Below, piece after piece: positions 18,674 to 26,655 of a stretch of DNA of 64,000 nucleotides. The notes below the pieces were generated by a model. The model was given only the letters and a program-made list of their open reading frames with translations, was not told where the DNA came from and did not search any database. This stretch comes from an uncultured Microscillaceae bacterium. Lineage in GTDB: Bacteria > Bacteroidota > Bacteroidia > Cytophagales > Microscillaceae. The stretch lies in the NCBI GenBank assembly GCA_963922455.1, contig CAWUIO010000006.1, forward strand, positions 1,255 to 65,254. Direction: 5' to 3'. Positions within the stretch are counted from its first letter, which is position 1, and the number at the start of each line of letters is the position of its first letter. A program made the translations under genes and the position numbers.

Positions 18674-19000
18674 TTAATAAGGTCCTAACCAACCGTTTCT
18701 TAATTGAGACCCATTAAGAATCTTGTTCCCTGAGCCGAATTGCATATGGTGGGCTCCAGTTTTCCCTCGACCCCAGTGATAATGCCAGAATTTCTGATTG
18801 ATAGGTGTTTGCCCTGGTTTTCTTAATACCCAATTATGTCGATCAATCGCACCTTGGAATTTACCATATTTAAACCCTATTACTCTGTGCCCAGACATGC
18901 CTGGTGCCTGAACTTTCGACATTACTGAAAATTGAAACTTCTTTCCAACATTGAAATTACCGCCCCATTTTGGCAATCTCACCCCCCTAGCGGTTTCTCT
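18674..19000 (-). CDS. Orphan toxin C-terminal module T2
   Basis: The frame opens after an in-frame stop just downstream of the I1 stop and reads RETARGVRLPKWGGNFNVGKK...FWHYHWGRGKTGAHHMQFGSG.... Junction is ACCGCTAGGGGGG. Confidence 0.5.
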   Translation of the reverse strand, partial: RETARGVRLPKWGGNFNVGKKFQFSVMSKVQAPGMSGHRVIGFKYGKFQGAIDRHNWVLRKPGQTPINQKFWHYHWGRGKTGAHHMQFGSGNKILNGSQLRNGWLGPY

Positions 19001-19007
19001 CTACACT

Positions 19008-19394
19008 CTATTCAACTTTATAAATTTTACCCGAAAACTTTAGCTTATTTTCATCAATCATTTTATTTAAGAATTTTTCAACCAAATCTTCATTTGTCCC
19101 AGCAAGTTTATCTTTTAAGAAAAGATAAAAACTCCAAGAAGTAAACCCTATCTCACCATCTTCAAACTCAATGTCTACTTCAAAATTTTTAAATTGGAAA
19201 CCACAACCATTACCATGAAATGCATAACCAGTAACAGACGAACCTTTCAAATCATAATTTCTGGCAGGAATTGTTCCGGAATTTTTCATCTTCAAATAAT
19301 CACCATCTCCAAAATTATTTTTTAGAAAAAGAATTATCTGGTTAATTAAAAAGCAATAATCTTTAAAAAAAACATCTATTCCATTCATAATCAT
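19008..19394 (-). CDS. Putative immunity protein I1
   Basis: 128 aa. Its ATG overlaps the T1 stop (TAATG). Confidence 0.5.
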   Translation of the reverse strand: MIMNGIDVFFKDYCFLINQIILFLKNNFGDGDYLKMKNSGTIPARNYDLKGSSVTGYAFHGNGCGFQFKNFEVDIEFEDGEIGFTSWSFYLFLKDKLAGTNEDLVEKFLNKMIDENKLKFSGKIYKVE

Positions 19395-19732
19395 TATCTT
19401 AAAAGCATTTGAAGCATTCTACCATCAACCTTAAAGGAACTCTGAGCCGCTCTTTGAGCGGCCATCTGTAGTTCAAAAACGTTAGCATAGTTTCCAGGAG
19501 ATGACAAATAATTTACTGGGACTTTTTGACCAAGACGCATCGCTGCATGAGCTCTGTGATGGCCATTAATGATATAATCTTTGCCTCCATGTCTAAAGAC
19601 ATCAATTGGTTTTTGGATACCTGTAGACTTTGCAGATTTCATGATTTCAGCAACACTTCTTGTACTAACTTTCCAAGTCCTACCTACCTCTGTTCTTATC
19701 AATGAACTTGGATTCACCCCCCTAGCGGCAAC
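19394..19732 (-). CDS. Orphan toxin C-terminal module T1, ParB-like nuclease domain
   Basis: Continues in the same frame directly after the I0 stop (TAA-GTT-GCC-GCT-AGG-GGG). PIDVFRHGGKDYIINGHHRAHAAMRLGQKVPV matches the ParB/Srx DGHHR core. Confidence 0.55.
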   Translation of the reverse strand, partial: VAARGVNPSSLIRTEVGRTWKVSTRSVAEIMKSAKSTGIQKPIDVFRHGGKDYIINGHHRAHAAMRLGQKVPVNYLSSPGNYANVFELQMAAQRAAQSSFKVDGRMLQMLLR

Positions 19733-20188
19733 TTACGTCAGCTTACCATAAAAAGATCCATATTCACCATCCTTAAAGTAGAACTCATCTTCGTCAGCTC
19801 CGTCAGGTTGACACGTAATCATATCAAAATGATAGGTCAACCCAAAATCTTTAGCCCAAGCTATTAACATATTCAGAGATTCTTTGTGTGTTTCTAAATG
19901 AACATCTTTTAAATCAAGAAAGAACAATAACTCTATTTTTTCATTGTCTAAAACAAGGTTTACAAAAACATTTGACACTGAATTCAATTTAAAAGAATCA
20001 AAAGCTATGTCAACATATTCACTACTTTTTAAAAGGTTGATAATAAATCCGTATTCATTATTTTCTGCTTCAGGAAAATTAAACCTTACTCGGCCACTCT
20101 TAGAAAGTAAATCCTTCAAAAACTGAAAGTTAACTTTAGAGATAATCCCTGTGAAAATAATTTCCGTCAAAGTCAAAACATTTTTCAT
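19733..20188 (-). CDS. Putative immunity protein I0
   Basis: 151 aa. ATG lies 2 nt after the stop of the T0 tip. Confidence 0.5.
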   Translation of the reverse strand: MKNVLTLTEIIFTGIISKVNFQFLKDLLSKSGRVRFNFPEAENNEYGFIINLLKSSEYVDIAFDSFKLNSVSNVFVNLVLDNEKIELLFFLDLKDVHLETHKESLNMLIAWAKDFGLTYHFDMITCQPDGADEDEFYFKDGEYGSFYGKLT

Positions 20189-20190
20189 AA

Positions 20191-20805
20191 CTAATCTAAA
20201 AAGCCTTTAAACTGCCAGTTTTCTTGAAATCTAATTCCTCTGCCATCAGGTAATCTCTTTTCAATAAACCCACCTACTCGTTTGAATTTTCCTGGTGCTC
20301 GCCAGATTTCTTGAAAAGTTTTATAGCCCGCTTGATTGAATGTTGCAGGATTCAATTTTGCTCCCGCAGGTATGTTACTTCCCCATGCTGGGTTTCCTCT
20401 TCCAAAGTGTTTCTGAAATTAGTAACCGACTTCACTGAACCCTCTTTTGCCAGTTCGGTTTGCTAAGGCTGATCCTACTGCCTTAAATGTATTGGCACTT
20501 GCTCCCCTAGGGCCAAATGGATTGAACCTTCTTTTGATCTTGTTTAGTAAATTTTTACCCTTATTCAAAAATTTACCCCCAGTAGCAAATACTCCTAATA
20601 CGGGCACAGCCGCCAATCCAGAACCAAGCGCTGAACCATAATCCCCTCTGGCTGTATATATAAATGCATTTGTAATATCCGGGATAATTCCAATAGCTGG
20701 TACGAGTCCTGCAAAATCCAAGCTTGATTGAAATGCATCTAGGGCTTTTCGCCAGAAATCTCCCAACTGGCGCAAGCATAAGCATAGCGCTGCTTGTGCC
20801 TGGTC
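20191..20805 (-). pseudogene. Remnant of a polymorphic toxin: pre-toxin TG (PT-TG)-like region plus C-terminal tip T0; 5'-truncated, with an internal in-frame TAA
   Basis: LDFAGLVPAIGIIPDITNAFIYTARGDYGSALGSGLAAVPVLGVFATGGKF is PT-TG-like. TAA at 20419-20421 is followed in frame by FQKHFGRGNPAWG...RFQENWQFKGFLD*. No N-terminal secretion or repeat region is present. Confidence 0.55.
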
Positions 20806-20947
20806 TTAGCGACAGCCTCCCCACTGTCGGCCGAAGGGAAGGGAGCTTGGGGCATATCATCTATCCTTACAATTTTCTCTTTAGGTTTACTTCCTCCATT
20901 CATCCCATTTCCCAAAGACTTTTTGGCTCGGGATGACCTAGGTCGCA

Positions 20948-21064
20948 GCAAGCTAGCCTCAGGGCTGAAAGCGGGGACGCTTTCGGTAAAAGAAAACGTC
21001 CAAGGGCCGCGGCGTTTATCCTGGAACCAGGTCTATTTTTTTACAGGCTTGGACTAGGTGGGGG
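20948..21064 (+). repeat. Family-2 117-bp hairpin-rich repeat, right copy
   Basis: Direct repeat of 16182-16297 with a handful of substitutions. It abuts the truncation point of the toxin remnant. Confidence 0.9.
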
Positions 21065-21093
21065 AACAAACCAACTTCACATTTCCTCCCCCT

Positions 21094-21222
21094 GGCTTAG
21101 GGATAGAGCCTCTGTTTGAGCCCGCCGGGGGCATGCGGGTGAGCCGGCGAGTGGCGAAAGCCCGGCCCGCGCAGGCACTTGTGGACTCCCATTTCGCCTC
21201 TCCCATTGCGCGGGCAAGCCCC
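21094..21222 (+). repeat. Family-1 dispersed repeat, copy 7 (forward), mosaic of subfamilies A and B
   Basis: GGCTTAGGGATAGAGCCTCTGTTTGAGCCCGCCGGGGGCATGCGGGTGAGCCGGCGAGTGGCGAAAGCCCGGCCCGCGC, then a 35-nt unique segment, then GCGCGGGCAAGCCCC. Confidence 0.85.
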
Positions 21223-21425
21223 TACATATAGGGAGATACCCAATCACATTTAGCCCAACTCTTACAATAGGTAAAAGGACCATGTAGTTTTTTTAATCTC
21301 TTACTAATTCAATTTAAAAAAAATCAACAATTTTCGTAGGCTATAATATTAATAGTTAAGGCCCAACTTGTATGTATCAAAAATTTTTTAGAGGAAAAAA
21401 ACGCCCCCCTAAACCCATAAAAAAA

Positions 21426-21454
21426 CCTCCTGTAACCTATTGGTTATCAGGAGG
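21426..21454 (-). terminator. Terminator hairpin downstream of tRNA-Arg
   Basis: CCTCCTGTAACC-tatt-GGTTATCAGGAGG with one bulge, flanked by A/T runs on both sides. Confidence 0.55.
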
Positions 21455-21468
21455 AAAAAATGAACTTG

Positions 21469-21542
21469 TGACCTTGCTAGGATTCAAACCTAGAACCTTC
21501 TGATCCGTAGTCAGATGCTCTATTCAGTTGAGCTACAAGGCC
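21469..21542 (-). tRNA. tRNA-Arg (anticodon ACG)
   Basis: Folded by hand. Acceptor GGCCTTG/CAAGGTC, D arm GCTC...GAGC, anticodon stem TCTGA/TCAGA with loop CTACGGA, T arm CTAGG-TTTGAAT-CCTAG. No encoded CCA. Confidence 0.85.
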
Positions 21543-21621
21543 AGTGTTTATTTGGGTGAGCAAAGAAAACAACTAGACTTCAAAAATAAAAGTTTTGTTA
21601 AGGAAATTTTAGGTTTTTAGG

Positions 21622-22572
21622 CTATTTTTTAAAAAAATTCAGCATAAGGGCTTTCACATCCTCCGCTTTTTCCCAAATGAGTAAATGGCCGGTCTCTTCC
21701 ATCAGGTGCAATTCTCCCTGGGGCAGGTGACTAGCCGCCTCCTGGGCTAGGGTTTCCGTTTTTAGACTGGGGTTAAAGTAGGGGTTGGGGATCAATTTAT
21801 CCTCTTTCCCAAAAATCAGTAAGGTAGGCACTTTTATATTGGGCAATTCTGCTTGCATGGGGTCTGCCAACATAGCTTTGACCGACTCAGCAATGGCGTG
21901 GGCATAGCCCGAAAAGTCGGCTTTGGATTTAAACCGAATACGGTCTTCAATAAGGAATTGGGCATCCTCAGGCATTTTATAGAAGGTATTCTCGATGTCC
22001 GTGCGGATTTTGGCATCAGAGGTGCGCTCAATCTGCCCCGTATTAAAAAAATTACCCACCAAGCTTGCCTGACTGGCCGTAAAGGTTTCTAAACCAGAGG
22101 GGGCCAAGAGTACCAAGGCCGAAACCCGGTCGGGATGGTCCAGGGCGCTACGCATCGCCACCTGCCCCCCTAGGGAATGCCCTACAAAAATAACCTGATC
22201 CAGCTTGAGATGACTAAGCAAGGCATCTACACAATCGGCGTAAAAACGAATGCTATAGGCATATTTATCTTTGCCTGACAAGCCGTGGCCGGGCAGGTCT
22301 AATGCCACACAGCGATAGCTACTTTTTAGGCTATCTTGTAATTTTTGCCACACCGGGATGTAATTGCCCAAACCGTGGATAAATACCAAGGTTTGCTCCC
22401 CTTCTTGGCTATCGGTATACGCTACTTTAATTCCGTCTTGAAATGTAAAATAAGATACCCTGTCCACATAGCGGTCTTCCAGGTTTTGGGCCAAAAGCGA
22501 TACGCTTAGGAGGTGTAGACTGAGGGTGATGAACCCGTACCGGGATAAGCAACTTGAGATATAGGTGTACAT
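21622..22572 (-). CDS. Alpha/beta hydrolase fold protein (secreted)
   Basis: HGLGNY oxyanion region, nucleophile elbow GHSLGG, and a C-terminal ETGHLL histidine motif. Confidence 0.85.
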   Translation of the reverse strand: MYTYISSCLSRYGFITLSLHLLSVSLLAQNLEDRYVDRVSYFTFQDGIKVAYTDSQEGEQTLVFIHGLGNYIPVWQKLQDSLKSSYRCVALDLPGHGLSGKDKYAYSIRFYADCVDALLSHLKLDQVIFVGHSLGGQVAMRSALDHPDRVSALVLLAPSGLETFTASQASLVGNFFNTGQIERTSDAKIRTDIENTFYKMPEDAQFLIEDRIRFKSKADFSGYAHAIAESVKAMLADPMQAELPNIKVPTLLIFGKEDKLIPNPYFNPSLKTETLAQEAASHLPQGELHLMEETGHLLIWEKAEDVKALMLNFFKK

Positions 22573-22607
22573 AAACTATAGTTTACCTCCCTAAAACGAA
22601 GGAGAGC

Positions 22608-23138
22608 TTAAACAATTGTACTCAGGGTACTTTCTTCTACTTCATAGCCCAAAGCTTCCCGGCTCTCGGTATCAAAAATGATAAAACTAGCCATGGTGTC
22701 TTGTCCCCGGGCCGGGTCATAGCCCATCAGGTTGCCGGGGTTGAGCAATTGGGCCGATTGTATCTGTTCGATAGCAAATTGGTGGTTGTGCCCATAGCAA
22801 ACCAGATCAAAATCGCCCGATTTCACCATGGCGTGGGCGAGGTCTGGATAGTGATTGGCGGCACATCTTAAGCCTCCCAGCTCAGTTATCATATACTCTC
22901 CGTAGAGCGTTACTTGGGGGTGCCGGGCCGCAATAGAAGTCATACGGTACTGGTCCCCATCATTATTGCCGAAAACAATATGGATATCCCGGCTATACAA
23001 GCGCGCCATTTCACTTAAAATAAAAGGAGAACACAGGTCTCCACAACAAATCAAGGCATGGGTGTTTTGTAGGTGCCCCATGGCTTTTCTTAAACTCCAA
23101 ATATTATCGTGAATATCAGAAATGATCCCTATTTTCAT
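22608..23138 (-). CDS. Metallophosphoesterase, YfcE/MJ0936 family
   Basis: MKIGIISDIHDN, CCGDL, GNNDGD and GHNH motifs. Confidence 0.85.
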   Translation of the reverse strand: MKIGIISDIHDNIWSLRKAMGHLQNTHALICCGDLCSPFILSEMARLYSRDIHIVFGNNDGDQYRMTSIAARHPQVTLYGEYMITELGGLRCAANHYPDLAHAMVKSGDFDLVCYGHNHQFAIEQIQSAQLLNPGNLMGYDPARGQDTMASFIIFDTESREALGYEVEESTLSTIV

Positions 23139-23242
23139 ACCGCAAACTTAGGAGAAATTACCCAATTAAGGAGAAGGAGGATCTCAAAAAAGAAGGGAGC
23201 CTTCTAAGACTCCCTTAATTATCCTAATAATACCTTGAAAGA

Positions 23243-23593
23243 TTAAGCTTCTTGGTGTAACCAAGCCTTTTTGGCCAGTAGGTCTTCTTCGCTTTCCCGG
23301 TAATCGGGGTCGTCTACGCAGCAATCAACAGGGCAAACCGCCGCACACTGAGGCTCTTCGTGAAAACCGGTACACTCCGTACACTTGTCGGGAACAATGT
23401 AGTAAAACTCATCCGAAATGGGTTCCATCGGAATATCGGCACTCGTGGTAGTTCCATCTTCCATTTCCACCTCTTTGAGGGCATTTCCCCCGCCCCAGGT
23501 CCATTCAACCCCTCCTTCGTAGATAGCGGTATTGGGGCATTCCGGCTCACAAGCCCCACAATTGATACATTCGTCTGTTATGATAATTGCCAT
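23243..23593 (-). CDS. 4Fe-4S dicluster ferredoxin
   Basis: [12 protein letters not shown] and [18 protein letters not shown] cluster motifs. Confidence 0.9.
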   Translation of the reverse strand: MAIIITDECINCGACEPECPNTAIYEGGVEWTWGGGNALKEVEMEDGTTTSADIPMEPISDEFYYIVPDKCTECTGFHEEPQCAAVCPVDCCVDDPDYRESEEDLLAKKAWLHQEA

Positions 23594-23795
23594 GAGTATT
23601 GTCTATTTTATATGCCTTAATAATAATTAGTACACTAATTAAACAGGATTCACCACAAATATAAAATAATCTTGACTTTTTTCAAATAAGCTTCCCAGGA
23701 AGATTTTGGGTTTTTTGTAGAACCCAGCCCCATATTATTTTGTAGGTGCACTCCCGATAGCCCTTGGTTTTTATTCTGAGGAAAATAAAGGCATA

Positions 23796-23924
23796 GGGGC
23801 TTCCCCGCGCTATTCCCTAAAGTGCTCATAACAAAAAAACTGCCGGCGCGGGTCGGGCTGTCACTACTCGCTGCCTCTACCCTCTGGCCCTAAGAGCTCA
23901 AACAGGCCGTTCCATCCCTAAGCC
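23796..23924 (-). repeat. Family-1 dispersed repeat, copy 8 (reverse)
   Basis: GGGGCTTCCCCGCGC, then a 35-nt unique segment, then GCGCGGGTCGGGCTGTCACTACTCGCTGCC...CCATCCCTAAGCC. Confidence 0.9.
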
Positions 23925-23945
23925 ATCCCAAATCAGGGCCTAATT

Positions 23946-24923
23946 TTAATAGCTAAAGTGTTCCTTATACTTATAAAATGCCCTCATAATTTCGGAAGGT
24001 AGGGCCCGTAATCCGCCTTTCTCCGTTTTATCCTGAATGAACAGCCCCTCTTTGGCTTCGTGGAGATGAGCCGTTTTTTCCATGAGATCCAGGAGGCTAA
24101 TATCTTCCTGGCAAGGTACCCAGCGACGCTCCCCTGTATCCTCTTGGGAGCTCACATAGGGAAGGATATCCCGCAATTGGCTCACTTTGAGTTCTATTTG
24201 GAAACGGTTGCTGTCAAAAAACTCTTTGACAAATGTATTCTTGGGCTTAAAAATTAACTCGCGGGCCTCCCCCCATTGTTGAATTTTTCCTTGATCCATG
24301 AGGCAAATAAAATCTCCCAGATCTAAGGCCTCAAACACATCATGGGTGACCATGACCACGGTCTTTTGGGCAAGACTTTCAATACGTTTAAATTCTTCCA
24401 CGATTTGGTGTCGCGTGATGGGGTCCAAAGCCCCAAAGGGTTCATCCAGTAACATCAAAGGGGGATCGACCGCCAAGGCCCGGGCTACGCCCACTCGCTG
24501 TCTTTGCCCCCCACTCAGTTCCCGGGGGTAGCGGTGCAGCAATTCACTAGGGTCCAAATCCAACATTTCCATGAGTTCTTGGGTGCGGGACTCAATTTGA
24601 GGGGCCTCCCATTTTAGCAGCCAAGGCACCAAGCCAATATTTTGGGCTACGGTATAGTGGGGAAACAAACCGGCATTTTGGATAACATAGCCAATATTTT
24701 TGCGCAACTCAACGGGGTTTTGTTGGTTAATATTGACCTGATCAATGAAAATATTCCCGGTAGTGGGCTCTACCAAGCGATTGATCATTTTGAGAGTAGT
24801 CGTTTTACCACTGCCACTCGTACCGAGCAGGATCAGCTTTTTCCCTTTTTCCAGTTCAAAGTTTACCTGGGATACCGCCGTGGATTCGCCGTATTGCTTA
24901 CTTAAATTTTTTACGAGGAGCAT
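23946..24923 (-). CDS. ABC transporter ATP-binding protein (osmoprotectant/OpuC-ProV-like)
   Basis: Walker A GTSGSGKTT, signature LSGGQRQR, Walker B LLLDEPFGALD. No permease gene is adjacent. Confidence 0.8.
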   Translation of the reverse strand: MLLVKNLSKQYGESTAVSQVNFELEKGKKLILLGTSGSGKTTTLKMINRLVEPTTGNIFIDQVNINQQNPVELRKNIGYVIQNAGLFPHYTVAQNIGLVPWLLKWEAPQIESRTQELMEMLDLDPSELLHRYPRELSGGQRQRVGVARALAVDPPLMLLDEPFGALDPITRHQIVEEFKRIESLAQKTVVMVTHDVFEALDLGDFICLMDQGKIQQWGEARELIFKPKNTFVKEFFDSNRFQIELKVSQLRDILPYVSSQEDTGERRWVPCQEDISLLDLMEKTAHLHEAKEGLFIQDKTEKGGLRALPSEIMRAFYKYKEHFSY

Positions 24924-24984
24924 GCAAGAACATTTTGATTTAAGGCTTGCTTTAATTTGATGAACTCTTCCTGGAGCTCATAGT

Positions 24985-26145
24985 TTATTGAGGCTTGTTC
25001 ACCCGAAGCAAGACTTGTAAAAATTGCCCACAGCCCAGACCTTTTTGCAATTCAAACTCAAGATTCCGGAGGGCATAGGCAATATGAGGCTCAATAATAT
25101 TGGCCCGTGTATCTCCATAAGCAATCCATTGGGTATCTTGAATCAAACGATCCAGGGTGAGAATCCCAAACTGAAGGGCCGGAGGAAATTGATCCCAGTC
25201 TTGTAGTTCTTGTGGAATCAAGGGGGTTTCAAATCGCGTAATGGCGTATTGCACAAAGAGGTTCCATACTTTGGCAAAGTATTCATAAAAGGCCATCACT
25301 TTTTTGGGCATGGCCTGGGGCAAGTCTTCCAGGTTGATCAACAATTCGCGTAGGTCCGTTCTTTGAAAAGGGCTTAGCAAACGGTTGATATGACTCCGGG
25401 CGGCCGGGTGAATATCCGGCCGGTCTCCCGAATTAATTAGGATGGAACGGTCCCGGATAGCGAGGGTCTCCAAACTACCCGAAGTTTGTTTATTGATTTC
25501 CAGTAAGAGCTTGAGCATTTCCCGGCGCCCCCAAAATACTTGAGTTTTTTGCGATAAGGGTTTGATGGGGTTTAAGGCATATTTTCCCTTCACATCAAAT
25601 ACAATCAGGCTCCCATTCTGGGCATGATCGATAAGGTCAACAAGTATGTTGGCCAACTGGTCTTTCTTTAAGCGAGACCAACGCCCGTAATGAGAAAGGT
25701 AAATATCAAAAGGAGATTCCAGCTTAAACATGCCCAGGCCCTGCGAATAGTCATGCCGGATAAAGCGTACTTTCTTTTGGTGCCTATACACGTGATTGGC
25801 CTGCTCCACAATAGTATAATCTTTCTCAATACCTAGGTATAAGCCCACCTGCTCGGCAGGTAAAATATAATCTCGATCAAGGTCCAACTGAGACCGGTCT
25901 TCAGGCAACTCGCTCAACAAGCGGTAACCCCGTAAATTGGGTAAACCTAGCTCCAGAACTCTTATTTGGGGAGTTGTATTTTCATCTTTTCCCTGAGTGA
26001 GCTTTTTGAGGTGGGGTTTAAGGGTATACTGAATAAGCTCATCTTCCCATTGCAGTCGCACACGGTCTGGTTGATGAAAACCTGGTTTGGTTTGGGGAGG
26101 GATATTGTGTTCCCGGTAAAAGTCTACGTCACGCAGCTCTCCCAT
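24985..26145 (-). CDS. Hypothetical protein (386 aa)
   Basis: Long ORF with the same codon style as its neighbours. No motif recognised with confidence. Confidence 0.6.
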   Translation of the reverse strand: MGELRDVDFYREHNIPPQTKPGFHQPDRVRLQWEDELIQYTLKPHLKKLTQGKDENTTPQIRVLELGLPNLRGYRLLSELPEDRSQLDLDRDYILPAEQVGLYLGIEKDYTIVEQANHVYRHQKKVRFIRHDYSQGLGMFKLESPFDIYLSHYGRWSRLKKDQLANILVDLIDHAQNGSLIVFDVKGKYALNPIKPLSQKTQVFWGRREMLKLLLEINKQTSGSLETLAIRDRSILINSGDRPDIHPAARSHINRLLSPFQRTDLRELLINLEDLPQAMPKKVMAFYEYFAKVWNLFVQYAITRFETPLIPQELQDWDQFPPALQFGILTLDRLIQDTQWIAYGDTRANIIEPHIAYALRNLEFELQKGLGCGQFLQVLLRVNKPQ

Positions 26146-26358
26146 AAATGTGAATCATTATAAAGGTTCAAATGTTCCGTTTAGCTTATTAAAAGCAATT
26201 CTAAAGATAAGAAATCCAGACCAAGCACCTAAAAAAGGGCTTTTTTTGTCCATAAACCTAGTGAAAGGTCACAAAATTTTTCCAAAGAACGGAAAGTGGG
26301 GCGATTTGGTCAAGAAAAGGAGAAAGTGGGCTGCTTGGCTACGTATTTTACAAAAAAA

Positions 26359-26382
26359 ATGCTGTCTAAGAGGAGACAGCAT
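26359..26382 (-). terminator. Rho-independent terminator of the bTHX gene
   Basis: ATGCTGTCT-aagagg-AGACAGCAT, followed on the minus strand by a run of 8 T. Confidence 0.7.
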
Positions 26383-26392
26383 TCGGACAATT

Positions 26393-26542
26393 TTATTCTT
26401 CCCCTTCTTGGGGCTTCTTGGATTCTTGGGGATTACTACCGGAAGTGCTAACGTAGGTCTTTTTTTTAGGTCTAGGCCGTACGTTTCCGTAGGTTCCGCG
26501 AATGATCTTTCCTCTTTTAGTCCTGATATCTCCTTTACCCAT
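26393..26542 (-). CDS. 30S ribosomal protein bTHX
   Basis: My own translation is [49 protein letters not shown]. The MGKGDxRTxRGK start is the bTHX signature. It is too short for the ORF track. Confidence 0.8.
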   Translation of the reverse strand: MGKGDIRTKRGKIIRGTYGNVRPRPKKKTYVSTSGSNPQESKKPQEGEE

Positions 26543-26655
26543 TCTTTAAAATTACTTTATAATAGTTATTATAACTGTAAAGCAAAAATAAAAAAGGATA
26601 AGGAAATATGGAAGCGAAGTACCATATTTCCCAGAAATACCTCAAAACTTAGGGT

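Noticed and set aside
11085-20421. Idea that in-frame TAA codons (11085, 20419) indicate stop-codon reassignment or programmed readthrough.
   Set aside because: TAA terminates many well-defined genes in this window at the expected protein ends (nuoD, ackA-pduL, ybeY and others). Both cases lie in regions with other inactivating lesions, so nonsense mutation is the simpler explanation.
15779-21542. Classic tRNA-targeted integrative island with att direct repeats and an integrase.
   Set aside because: I could not find a duplicate of the tRNA-Arg 3' half at the distal end, and no integrase gene is present. The only direct repeats are the 117-bp units, which are unrelated to the tRNA.
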